DNA from: Macrostomum lignano | Taxonomy: Eukaryota | Assembly: GCA_002269645.1 (NCBI GenBank) | Contig: NIVC01002596.1 | Location: 1 to 64,000, forward strand | Direction: 5' to 3' | Length of the DNA stretch: 64,000 nucleotides | Shown here: in pieces, positions 24,725 through 37,083 of the stretch | Layout of the letters: each line of letters begins with the position of its first letter | Position numbering within the stretch: the stretch's first letter is position 1 | The notes under the pieces: generated by a model | Databases searched by the model: none | What the model was told of the DNA's origin: nothing | Seen by the model: only the letters and a program-made list of their open reading frames with translations | Position numbers and translations under genes: made by a program

Positions 24725-26090
24725 TTATGCATTAGTGTCAGTCTCCTTTGAATTAGTGTCAGTTTCCTTTGAATTAGTGTCGGCTTTCTTTTTATAAATG
24801 TCAGTCTCCTTTGAATTATTGTCAGATTTCTTCGAATTAGTGTCCGTTTTCTTTGAATTAGTGTCAGATTTCTTTGAATTAGTGTCAGTCTCCTTTGAAT
24901 TAGTGACAGATTTCTTTGAATTAGTGTCAGTCTCCTTTGACTTAGTGTCAGTTTTCTTTGAATTAGTGTCAGATTTCTTTGAATTAGTGTCAGTTTTCTT
25001 TGAATTATTGTCAGTTTTCTTTGAATTAGTGTCAGTTTTCTTTGAATTAGCGTCAGTTTCCTTTGAATTAGTGTCAGTTTTCTTTTAATAAATGTCAGTC
25101 TCCTTTGAACTAGTGTCAGTCTCCTTTGAATTAGTGTCAGTTTTCTTTGAAATAGTGTCAGTTTCCTTTGAATTAGTGTCAGATTTCTTCGAATTAGTAT
25201 CCGTTTTCTTTGAATTAGTGTCAGTTTTATTTGAATTAGTGTCAGTTTTCGTTGAATTAGTGTCAGTTTTATTTGAATTAGTGTCAGTTTTCTTTGAATT
25301 AGTGTCAGTTTTCTTTGAATTAGTGTCAGTTTTCTTTTAATAAAAGCCAGTCTCCTTTGAATTACTGTCAGATTTCTTCGAATTAGTGTCCGTTTTCTTT
25401 GAATTAGTGTCCGTTTTCTTTGAATTAGTGTCAGATTTCTTTGAATTAGTGTCAGATTTCTTTGAGTTAGTGTCAGTTTTCTTTGAATTGGTGTCAGATT
25501 TCTTTGAATTAGTGTCAGTTTTCTTCGAATTAGTGTCAGTTTTCTTTGAATTAGTGTCAGTTTCCTTTGAATTAGTGTCAGTTTCCTTTGAATTAGTGTC
25601 AATCTCTTTTGAATTAGTGTCAATCTCCTTTGAATTAGTGTCAGTCTCCTTTGAATTAGTGTCAGTCTCCTTTGAATTAGTGTCCGTTCTCTTTTGAATT
25701 AGTGTCAGTCTCCTTTGAATTAGTGTCAGTCTCCTTTGAATTAGTGTCAGTCTCCTTTGAATTAGTGTCAGTTCTCTTTTGAATTAGTGTCAGTTTCCTT
25801 TGATTTAGTGTCAGAATTCTTTGAATTAGTGTCAGTTCTCTTTTGAATTAGTGTCAGTTTCCTTTGAATTAGTGTCAGAATTCTTTGAATTAGTGTCAGT
25901 TTCCTTTGAATTACTGTCAGAATTCTTTGAATTAGTGTCAGTTTCCTTTGAATTACTGTCAGAATTCTTTGAATTAGTGTCAGTTTCCTTTGAATTACTG
26001 TCAGAATTCTTTGAATTAGTGTCAGTTTTCTTTGAATTAGTGTCAGTTTCTGTTTCAGCCTCTGTCAGTTTTAGTGTCAGCCTCTTTTAG
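24725..26090. repeat. 21-bp minisatellite (tttctttgaattagtgtcagt), about 63 copies
   Basis: Direct reading; source of the LTLIQRK pseudo-ORF. Confidence 0.95.
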
Positions 26091-26507
26091 TGTCATTGAT
26101 TCTTAAATCGTTAGTGCCAGTAAGCAACTTCAAACTATAAAAAATAAATTTGCATAAATATCTGATAGCTTAGAATATTCTGGTGCTAAAAAAGTACAAA
26201 CTTCAGTTTCGCTAAAGGTTAGAAGATTCAGATTAATTTTTGATAGAGAAATAATTGAAGCAATGGTAGATGGCACAAGGGACCGCCAGACACTACAGTT
26301 AAAATTTCATTTAGATAAGAGACGAAGCCCCATGTACTGTAAGAGAAGTTCTTACAAAGAAAAATTAAAATTAAAAATTCTGTATGAAAAGCTTCTGCAG
26401 TAGTATTGATAAAAAATGCAAGCGAAATCAAAGCATGAAACCTATAGAAGCCTCGAATCGGTCTTTAAAATGGTAAATTGTTATTGTAAATTGAAGGTTG
26501 TGAATCA

Positions 26508-27420
26508 GATGTACAATGCAGTCTGAAGGGTGTGCATCAGATGTACAATGCAGTCTGAAGGTGTGCATCAGATGTACAATGCAGTCTGAAGGTGTGCATC
26601 AGATGTACAATGCAGTCTGAAGGTGTGCATCAGATGTACAATGCAGTCTAAAGGTGTGCATCAGATGTACAATGCAGTCTGAAGGTGTGCATCAGATGTA
26701 CAATGCAGTCTGAAGGGTGTGCATCAGATGTACAATGCAGTCTGAAGGTGTGCATCAGATGTACAATGCAGTCTGAAGGGTGTGCATCAGATGTACAATG
26801 CAGTCTGAAGGGTGTGCATCAGATGTACAATGCAGTCTGAAGGTGTGCATCAGATGTACAATGCAGTCTGAAGGTGTGCATCAGATGTACAATGCAGTCT
26901 GAAGGGTGTGCATCAGATGTACAATGCAGTCTGAAGGTGTGCATCAGATGTACAATGCAGTCTGAAGGTGTGCATCAGATGTACAATGCAGTCTGAAGGG
27001 TGTGCATCAGATGTACAATGCAGTCTGAAGGTGTGCATCAGATGTACAATGCAGTCTGAAGGTGTGCATCAGATGTACAATGCAGTCTGAAGGTGTGCAT
27101 CAGATGTACAATGCAGTCTGAAGGTGTGCATCAGATGTACAATGCAGTCTGAAGGGTGTGCATCAGATGTACAATGCAGTCTGAAGGTGTGCATCAGATG
27201 TACAATGCAGTCTGAAGGTGTGCATCAGATGTACAATGCAGTCTGAAGGTGTGCATCAGATGTACAATGCAGTCTGAAGGGTGTGCATCAGATGTACAAT
27301 GCAGTCTGAAGGTGTGCATCAGATGTACAATGCAGTCTGAAGGTGTGCATCAGATGTACAATGCAGTCTGAAGGTGTGCATCAGATGTACAATGCAGTCT
27401 GAAGGTGTGCATCAGATGTT
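26508..27420. repeat. 31/32-bp minisatellite (aggtgtgcatcagatgtacaatgcagtctga), about 29 copies
   Basis: Direct reading. Confidence 0.95.
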
Positions 27421-27699
27421 TATCATTTAATAATGCTATTAGAAAGAAAACTACAGAAGGAAACAAGACTGTATAAACTTTTCCTCCAAAACGCACAAAA
27501 GCCAGAAATTTAAGCTTTAGAGCATTTTGAATCAACAAATCGTATATATTTTACTAATGTTAAACAACTATAAATGCTCCATAGATAAGTTTTAAGCTAG
27601 TATATTTGCAAGTGTGAGCAGAGAAAGACTCGGGAAGCATAATTAGATTTTTATACAAACTTGAACAGAACTAAATTTAATGCACCTAATTCACTTATA

Positions 27700-28300
27700 T
27701 ATTACTAACAGTAGCTTATTACAGTAGAAATGCGCATGGCCCTTCTCTGATTGAATCTATCCAGTTCAGCTACAGTTTAATTGGCTATATAGATAGTTTT
27801 CTACGATACATATCGGTAGCTACTTTATATTGACACCCGATTCAGCATTTGACAAGTAAAGCTTTCTATGCAAATTCTAGCTTTATTATATTACTAATAG
27901 TAGATTATGACATCAAAAGTTCTTTTCAAAAGCCACCATTCACTTCCAATACGGCAATTTGAAAAAAGGATTCTACAAAACATATCGGTAGCAAGTCTAT
28001 ATTAACACCATATAAAGCGCTTACAATCAAGTAAAGCTTTGTATGCATATTATTTATTACTAAAAGTAGGTTATGGCTTCCAAAGTTCTTTTTAGAAGCA
28101 GCCATTCAATTCTTATATGGCAATTAAAAAAGGATTCTACAATTCATATCGGTGGTTAGCCGCGGTAGTTGATACTATTTGAATGCTGCTAAAAGTGTTG
28201 TTAAAAAAGCAGAAATGCAGTAAGAAAAAATGGCCTATATTAATCTAAAAAGCTACTTAAAATAAGTATTCTACGATACATATCGGTAGCGAGTCTATCC
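27700..28300. repeat. Old diverged tandem duplication, unit about 165-172 bp, downstream of ATP23
   Basis: ttctac..catatcggt anchor at about 27799, 27971, 28135 and a partial copy at about 28270; intervening gtaaagcttt and aaagttcttt blocks also repeat. Confidence 0.7.
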
Positions 28301-28314
28301 GGTTATTAAATAAT

Positions 28315-29902
28315 CTAACTACTCGACTGGCACTCGCTCCAATAGCCGTAGAATTTGGCCTCCTTAGCCGCCAGCTGGGCCGAGCCCAGCTCCGCCCTCT
28401 CCAGCGGGTCAGGCGGCAGCGGCCGCCGCCCAAACGGCTCGAGATCGGCGTAGCATCGATCGAACACCCGATTGACAGCCGTCTCCGCCTCGGCCTGTTC
28501 GATTCGACGCACCGTCAGCACGGAGTCGACGGCGCGCTGCCGGACCCAGTCGGCGTGACCGCCAGCCGGCTTCTGCCAGCTAGCCGGCTCAGCCAGGTTG
28601 TAGGCACGAATCTGATGCGATTTTATTTATTTTTTATATAAAATACTCATAAAAAACTTACTGCACTACTAAGTAGTAAAAATAGCAAAAAAAGACGCAC
28701 ATATAAGCTTAAAATTTTGGTCTATTGGATTAGAAAGAGGACGGAAAACTTCCGCGGAGAGAGAAGAAAACTACCGCGATTTAAAAAACTCCTTGCTCAC
28801 CTCTGTGCAGGCCAGCTGATCCAGGCTGCTATCAAAGTCCGCCACGGCTCGGCAAGCGTCGAAGGCGTGCACCAGCTCGTGGCGCAGGCTGACGCACGGA
28901 TCTGGCGCCGCTAAACTGGCCGCATTGCTGCACAGCACAATCTGGCTGCTGGCCTGCGATGAAATAAACATAAAAACACGAAAAATCACTAGGCCGGTTT
29001 TCTTTGCTTTCTACTAATCAGTAGAAACAAGAGGACATTATGCTTAACATTGCGCAGAGTGGACCAGTCTGGAAGATACCCCTCTGCTACGCTAACGTAA
29101 GATTAGCGAAAGGAAGAACCACCAGTTAAGGGAGAGAAAGATTCCACCAGAAAATACTCGATGCCAGAAAGATTCCACTGGAGAGAATCGATGCCAGAAA
29201 AATTCCACTGGAGAGAATCGATGCCAGAAAGATTCCACTGGAGAGAATCGATGCCAGAAAAATTCCCCAGAAAAGAATTGATAAAAGAAAGATTCTCTAG
29301 AAAAGAATCGATGCAAAAAAGATTCCCCAAGAGAATCCATGCAAGAAAGATTCCCTAGAAAATAATCGATGCAAGAAAGATTCCCCATGAGAGAATCGAT
29401 ACAAGAAAGATTCCCTAGAAAATAGTCGATGCAAGAAAGATTCCCCATGAGAGAATCGATACAAGAAAGATTCCCTAGAAAAGAATTGATACAAGAAAGA
29501 TTCCCTAGAAAATAGTCGATGCAAGAAAGATTCCCCATGAGAGAATCGATACAAGAAAGATTCCCTAGAAAAGAATCGATGCAAGAAAAATTCCCTAGAA
29601 AAGAATCGATACAAGAAAGATTCCCTAGAAAAGAATCGATGCAAGAAAGATTCCCCTAAAAGAGAATCGATGCAAGAAAGGTGCATGGGAGATCCCTCCG
29701 AAGCAAGAATTCTCACCTGATCGAACCCGCCCCTCAGTTTAGCATCATCGCACGGCTCGCAAGCCAGATGACGCCCAAAGGTCAGCGGGCACTGACGGGA
29801 GCGCATGGCCCCAAACAATATTCGACAGAGTGGGTCAGTCAGCAGGCAAGCTTTGGCCGTGTTGAAGCAGCTTCGTCGCTTGTAGCGCTGCCACAATTCC
29901 AT
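28315..29902 (-). CDS. ATP23: Mitochondrial inner membrane protease ATP23 homolog (M76 metallopeptidase), about 211 aa, 3 exons
   Basis: Exons 29902-29717 (..GRHLACEPC..RGGFDQ), 28953-28801 (ASSQIVLCSN..LRHELVHAFDACRA..QLACTE, HEXXH), 28611-28315 (IRAYNL..AVNRVFDRCYADLEPFGR); all phase-0 GT-AG junctions. An additional upstream exon cannot be excluded. Confidence 0.92.
29150..29680. repeat. 30-bp minisatellite (gcaagaaagattccctagaaaagaatcgat), ATP23 intron 1
   Basis: Direct reading. Confidence 0.9.
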
Positions 29903-32900
29903 GAGTAACAGAATGGTTAGTTGCACTCTGGTGTGCAAGTGTGCTAATGCATGCTGTAAATTTATGTATTGTTACATATTTATCATCACCATTAATTATA
30001 ATCACCGCTATGTCAGGGTTTACTAAGCACTAACAATACTTCATTTAAATTTGTCGACATGAAATGTAAGGAGTCTAAGTCATTTTTTATCTTGTAAATA
30101 AATTAGAAAGTACAAAATTATAATACATTGCTTTTGGTGGCTCTCTATACAATAGAACAGATACCAAAATAGTTCTACAAAATATGCATCCAACTCCTGC
30201 ACCATGACCCATGTTTGATTCAATGTATGGCCACATTCATTTGAGGCTTTTGCATGAAAATTTATGTAATCCATACATATAAAGGCCAACCCCCAATGCA
30301 CAGTGTATATGCCTAACAATTAGAAAGTCTACTAGGCCACTGTATACCCTGTGTAAGCATGTATATGAGTACATGCCTGAGTACATTATTGGCATGCTGG
30401 TATATGCTCAGAAGTCAATAGAATAGATAGAATTTCATCAGTGCTAGCTGTGGGACAGTGCAGATTAATAGAAAAATGGTTATTTTTAAAGTCAACATAT
30501 AAAATTACTATCTAGATTAAGTAATAAACATATGATATAGATAAGAGACTACAAATACATTAATTAAAGATTAGCAAGTGTTCTTAATATATTAATTCTA
30601 AAGTTCTTAAGAGCAACTTCTAGTGATTCTTGTCATTGACCTTAGCTAGCTTAAACTTAAAATTCATATTAAATGATTTTTTCCAATGACTAAAAAATAG
30701 CCATTTTTCTTTTTATGTATAGTGATTATAAAAATAATAGCTTCCCTATATATATTTGTTAAAATGAGCAAGTCTTAGGCCAATAGATTTTTTGGCAAGA
30801 TAAAATCACCAAGCCCTATTGGAATAATTTGACAAAACACAGACGACCGTCTGTTGCATTTACAGATTCTCCTGGTGTCGCATCGCGCGACAGTGGTGTC
30901 AAGTGGTGTGTTGCATCATGCAACACTGTGGAAACCTGGTGTCGTCATGTGTCGCATCACGCAATGCGACAGTGTGGCAACTTGGCAGCTGGCGTTGTCA
31001 TGTGTCGCGTTGCGGCTTGGATCTGAAGCCAAAACAGTTTGCTTGAAGCATGAAGCAAACTGTGTTTCATTGTAATATGTTCACGGTTGTTTCTCGGTAT
31101 TTAAATGTTTCAAACATGTTTGATAATAACTAGTTCTTGAATTGTTCTTTTTTATTTTGACAGTAAAGTAACTAATACTTTAAATATAATTTTTATAAAT
31201 ATTACTTGTTTGTTACAATGTGTGCACTGTTATTCTAAGTGTTGTACCTTTGTTGTTTTACTCTTTATTGTTTTTAAATTTCATTTCTTTTTCCGCGAAA
31301 TTGAAAGGAATTGTGGTAGGCCAGTCTACCACTGGGGTGAACGACGGCAGGCTTCCAGTGCAGACAATGGCAGGACGACCAGCTCAACTCCATCGGGTGA
31401 CGGATTGATGTCATATTTTTCAATTTTTGCTCTCCTGATTGTTCCCCTGGTTGTCCCCACCTTTGCTCCCTCATCTGTTCCTTTTGCTGTTCCTTCCCTT
31501 GGCCCCTATTGTTTTAGTGTTTCCAGTGGCCCGGTTTTCTTGTTTTCCATCATTGTCCCTTCCCTTGTCCCATCCTTTGTCTCATCTCTTGGGTCCTCCA
31601 CGCCAATTTTTTATATATTTACATTGTCATTGGAGTCATTTTCTCCTCCTCCTCCTCCTCCTAGCTCGCTTGCTCCTCTCCCTTTCATTGTCCGTGTTTA
31701 GGTTCGTGTTTTAGTTTGTTTGTTTCTCTGTGGTTTGCTGTTTGCGTTCATTTTGTTTAGTTCCTAGTTTTACTTTAGTTCTCTCAGCTTGCACTCAGCA
31801 CGACTGAATCTATCTTGCGTAGTTCTAATATTTAACGACAGTAATAATAATAACAAATATTAAAAAGTTCTTCAATAACAATAGTATTTATTCAGTTGTT
31901 CCGAATTGAAGCCGATAGTCTTTATTAAGTCATTTGCCCGCGGGGCATAAAATAACCAATCAGTCTCATCTCAAAGAAGCTCTGAGACCCTTAACATTCT
32001 GTAATATGAAATTACGGTGGTGGCAGCGCTACTTTACTACTGATAGTAACAAACCGAGCATATCGACAGTTCACGAATTCTACGGTGTCTGAGGACCCAA
32101 TTTGAACAACTGTGCTGCAAAAGACTGCTCAACTATGATTACAACTACCCTCCCCCCGGAATTGAGGACCCCGGCAGACAGAGTAACCAAGGAGAAGAAT
32201 CAGTGCATCAATATGAGAAATTTTCTGGCTTTACGAGTGTCAAGACAATGCAGGCGGCGATTCAAATGTGGAATCTGCCCCACCTCACTGGTGTCGACCA
32301 ACAACGCAAACCGCCAATTCAAAATTATAAATCTTCTCCGCCCCCACCTCAGAATACTCTTGTCCCTCGCCCCATGGTCTCAGTGTCGGGAGTGAATGGC
32401 AGAACAGGAATTGTCAATTGCAACGTGGCTGCTGTGGTGTATTTTCCCCCTGGTCATTAGACATCGGTGTTGCGTTGCGTGTTGCCGCCTCCCAGTCAAC
32501 AAAATTTGGAGTCACATTGTGCTTTTGAGGGCACAATTTTGGCACCTATGTCGTACATCCGCGGGTTTTTGAAATTTATTCCAATAGGGTCGCCAAGTGC
32601 ACTAACCAAATGATACAATTTATTGTAAGTGAGCAACAATATCAACTACCCCAACCCTAGGGCTAAAATATCCACAGTGTATATTGACATTATACACATG
32701 CACAGAGTTAAAATGACAAACAAACTGAAGGAATAAAACAACCCTAACCTCTATGCATAAGACCCAATAATAATGTTATACTAATTTACAAGGGCTATTT
32801 GTTGCAATAATTATATATTCTACTTTTATATTTAAACTGCTAAATATAAAATCCAGCTTAAAGAACATCATTTAATGCTTTAGTTGAATAGTGAATAGCT

Positions 32901-33182
32901 TTTCTATGTCATTTAATTGCTGAGTTATGACTCATTAAGTGACAAGACCACATTCAGGATCATGTAATATATGCCCAAAAATTTGGATGTGCATTGGCCT
33001 TGTATGCCAAAAGTTAGATATGCACAATTGGTATGAATTATTCCTAAGAAAATAGTGTGCATATATACCTAGCATGCACTGATAGAATCATGCAAAAAAG
33101 TTAATGTTAAATAGAAACAAGATTAGAAAGTTTAGTTCAAAGTTCATAAATGTTAGGCTTTCTAGTATTTAAGATTGCAATA

Positions 33183-34480
33183 CGAGGGCTGCTTAATAAG
33201 TTCGCGGAAAACCAAACTTATCTTCAAGCGAATCAAACGAAATTTTATGAACTTTTTCCTTAGGATATTGGCACCTTTCACACAAATTTTCAGCCAGTTT
33301 GGCCAAAATGTTGCGACGCAGTGGCCGAAGAAGTGATAAAACCCCCGCTCCAGTGCTGCGCCTGACTGAGCGCGACAGGCGAGTCGCAATTCTGGTCCAA
33401 TTTCGGCTTGGCCTGTCTGCCTCCGAATGCTTGCAGATGCTTCAAAAGGCCCTTGAGAGTGAAGCCCCATCCCAGACGATGGTGTACAAGTGGTTCGGTC
33501 GATTCCGCTCCGGCTGTCTGGAGCTGGACGATGATGAACGTGAAGGCCGTCCAAATTCGTCCATCTCCGAAAGCTGCTTGATGCAGACCGCCGAGTGACG
33601 ATTCGGGAAATCGAAAAAAATGTCGGGATTTCGGATTCAAGCGTCATTACTATCTTGCACGATCACCTCGGCATGAGGAAGGTGTCAGCTCGCTGGGTCC
33701 CTCATCAACTGAAGCCGGCTCAGATGCAGGCCCGCGTGGATTTTGCGAACTTCATGCTCGACAAGTTCGACGCAGGTGCCTCAAATTTGGTGGACGGCAT
33801 CCTCACAGGTGATGAAACGTGGGTGTACTTTTATGATCCCGAGACAAAAGTACAGAGCAAGCAGTGGGTCGCCTTTGAGGAGGATTCGCCCTTGAAATTT
33901 CGTCGCGAGCAAAGCGTCGGCAAAGTGATGGCTGCGGTGTTTTTCCGTCGGTGCGGAATTCTGCCGCCTGTTCTGCTCGAGGAGGGAGCCACAGTGACTG
34001 GCAGCTGGTACTCCAGTGTCTGCCTACCGCAGGTGCTGGAATTCCTGCGTCGAGAGCGGCCAAAGACCAGAGATCGCGGCATTTTCCTGCACCACGACAA
34101 CGCGCCCGCTCACAGAGCCAGTGTCACGCAGCAGTTCTTGGCATCAACTGAGCTGACTCTGCTGCCGCATCCGGCCTACTCGCCCGACCTCGCGCCTGCA
34201 GACTTCTTTCTCTTTCCGAAGATCAAGAAAAATCTGAAGGGGAAGCGCTTCGACACTCGTGAGGAGCTGGAACAGGCGTTGAATGTGGAGCTGGAAGCCG
34301 TCACAAAGGCGGAATTGAGGGACTGCTTTGCGGCATGGTTTCATCGGATGAAGAAATGTGTTGATCTGGCTGGGGACTATGTTGAGAAGTGCCATTAGGT
34401 TGGGCTAAGTGTGTGTAAAATTTCACGACTGTGCGATAACTATAAGTATGTTTTTCCGCGAACTTATTAAGCAGCCCTCG
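33183..34480 (+). mobile_element. Mariner (Tc1/mariner, DD34D) transposon, 1298 bp, probably irritans subfamily-like
   Basis: Perfect 29-bp TIRs cgagggctgcttaataagttcgcggaaaa (33183-33211) and reverse complement (34452-34480); TA at 33181-33182 and 34481-34482. CGAGGG terminus resembles Hsmar2-type elements (recollection, not searched). Confidence 0.97.
33308..34398 (+). pseudogene. Mariner transposase with one frameshift at about 33573
   Basis: N-terminal HTH (..VYKWFGRFRSG..DDDEREGRP) then a frame change to LLDADRRVTIREI; WVPHQL, TGDETW, HHDNAPAH, YSPDLAPAD with 34 residues between the second and third Asp. Confidence 0.9.
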
Positions 34481-37083
34481 TAAGGCATTTAAACAAAAGT
34501 TTGTATATATCAATTTTCTGCTATAAATAGTATTAGGCAAAAAAGATAAATAATAAACAAAGTTATTAGCCAAAAGGTCTTTTATGCAATACCAAAAGGG
34601 TTATTTACTATTGCAATTTTTAGTATGTATTTGTAACTATTTAATTTTTGTTCAGGTATGTACCTAGCATGATCTGGACTATTGTCACTATGATAATGAG
34701 GTTTAAGAAAAGGAATTGCAAATTTGACTTAACACTACAAAAACTTTGTCTTTACCAGATAGTCACAAATATTTTGACTTTTCTTGAGCTTTGTCTATTG
34801 ATTGAGTGATTTACATGGAAGATTAGGTCATAAGGAGAAATTCAGGGCTGCTATATATCCAATTCCTATATATATAGCCTGTAGGCCTATAGACTATAGT
34901 GTCTTTGTATATATGTACTTAGTAACTTAGGGATCAATGAATTAGACAGGTCCATGCCTTCTCACTAGGCCTAGCTAGTCAAATTGAAATTGCGATTTTT
35001 TCTTGGACCTTATTTGGCTTAGACAGGAAGCCTGTTTGGCACATATATATCAATTTAATAAAAATTCAAGAATAGAAGAAAAACCTTATGCATAAGTACG
35101 AGTTTGCAATAATATAGTATTTAAAATAAAAAAGTGCCTAAATTTTTTCTTTGAAACTTTGAATGAGCTTTAATGACTAACAAAGCAAAAAGTATTAAAA
35201 AACAAGTATTGTATGCAGTTGATATATAGCAATTCAATTGATCCTGTAGGTGATAAAAATAAGTATATAGGTATTATTCAGATAATAACAAATTTGTATT
35301 AAATATGGTATTTGAAAGAGCATCTACCATAGTCAAGAAGGTGGGCTTTTTGATTGAAAATTTCAGTGTGCATTAGCCATTCATAGTTCATTTGGCATGC
35401 ATTTGGCATACTTGAATTTTAAAAAATTGCATTGGGTATACTGCGTACACAACAAAATTGCATTTGGCATACAAAAAAGTGATGTACAAAGCTATTTAAA
35501 AACACAAGTATCAATTCAGTTTCTGTAACAAAAGTATCAATATTTCAAAGAAAAATATTGTGGTTAAAAGATGACAAAAGTGCAATTGGAAAAAATTATA
35601 TTGAAGAATGTGATAGTGCTATTTTAAATAATTCAAGTACTAGGACTTTGTGTAACTGCAAGTTATTGTAAAGGAAAAATAGACATATGGTAGGGTTTCC
35701 TAGAAAAGCTTTAATTAAAACGTACGCGTAAAAATTTATATGTTGTTTTACTTTTCTAAATATTCTCGAATAATAGCCTTTTGTTTAAATATACTCGTCA
35801 CAATCAGTTATAAAAAACTTGCTCTTGCGAATTAAATCGTTACAGCTAGTTCAATAATACATGTTTGCTAAATTGTTCTCAGATCTTCAAAGCATTATTC
35901 ATTGTACCAGTAAGAGATTCTAAGAGTGTTTCGAAGAAAGTGTGCTATACTTTAGGCTTATTATTATAGGCTTATATTATTCTCGCTATACTTTCATATC
36001 GGAACTCGCAACTGCCTACTAACAAAAGTACATGTAGCGCGTAAGTTTTAGACACAATAGGCTCCGCTCGAGTTCTCGTGTGATAGATATTTATAATTGT
36101 TATTTTCGGCGAATAATATAATCGACATGTGAATACGCTCGTAGCACACAGTTCAGCTGGTATAGCTCGTGGTTTGCACACGAATTGCTCTGAAGAAAAG
36201 GTACCAGTATATTTCATGACAAATAAATGTGGCCCTTAGTGAAAATTAAAGTATTTTGTACGCACATTTATTCCGTTAAACATCAATGCCTTTAACTATG
36301 GATCTGTATATACACTATAAATAATTGTTTGCGGCACTTATGCAACCGAAATCTATTTTTATAGCAATATTTTGCTTTGAATCTGCATTCGCTGGAGAAA
36401 ATCTCAATACATGTACACACTCTTCGTAAGCTGTTTTGAGCAAATTAGATTTATAGATTTATAGAAATTGAGAAGCTATCGGCGTGCATGTATCGATGCA
36501 GCTCGGAGAGTATGGCTCCAATGGCATGGCCTGAAATTGGTCCATTCAGCGAGAGCCACTTTAGCCATTCTTTCCCCTCTTAACTACTCCTTCAAGCTCT
36601 TTCCCCATCCCTTTCTGAATGATATCTGGGATGAGGAGGACGCAGGCCCTGGGCTAATATCCTATCTGAGCAAACTGGTGAACAAGACAAGCAAGTAAAT
36701 GAGATCAATAGCTGGCAAAGCAGTTCGGCATTGGTAGAGGTTTGGAATAGAACAATTTGCCAGAAAATTCAGTTTGTGCTCGAGTAATCCAGTTGCTGTT
36801 TAGGCTGGGCACGCCGATCTCTGTCTGTCGGTCTGTCCGAAGCCCCCAGTCCCCAATTTGGCGCATTGTGTCAAGTACAATTCCCCGCTTAAGTGGTCCA
36901 AAGCTTCTTCTCGCTTTGATGAGTGCGGCCTAATGCAATTGGTTTGGGCCCTTTATCAGCCCGCCCAGGGTTCTGATCTGCTTATTGAGGTCCAACTGTC
37001 TCTGAAGCCCTCTGTGTCCTGTCTGCGCTATTATATGCCATTATATTCCCGGGCACCGCCAATGCACCACCAACGAACGATCA

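Noticed and set aside
33595-33598. Overlapping GTGA stop/start suggesting a two-ORF or programmed-frameshift transposase
   Set aside because: No slippery site, and the spacer is shorter than in intact mariners; a deletion explains it.
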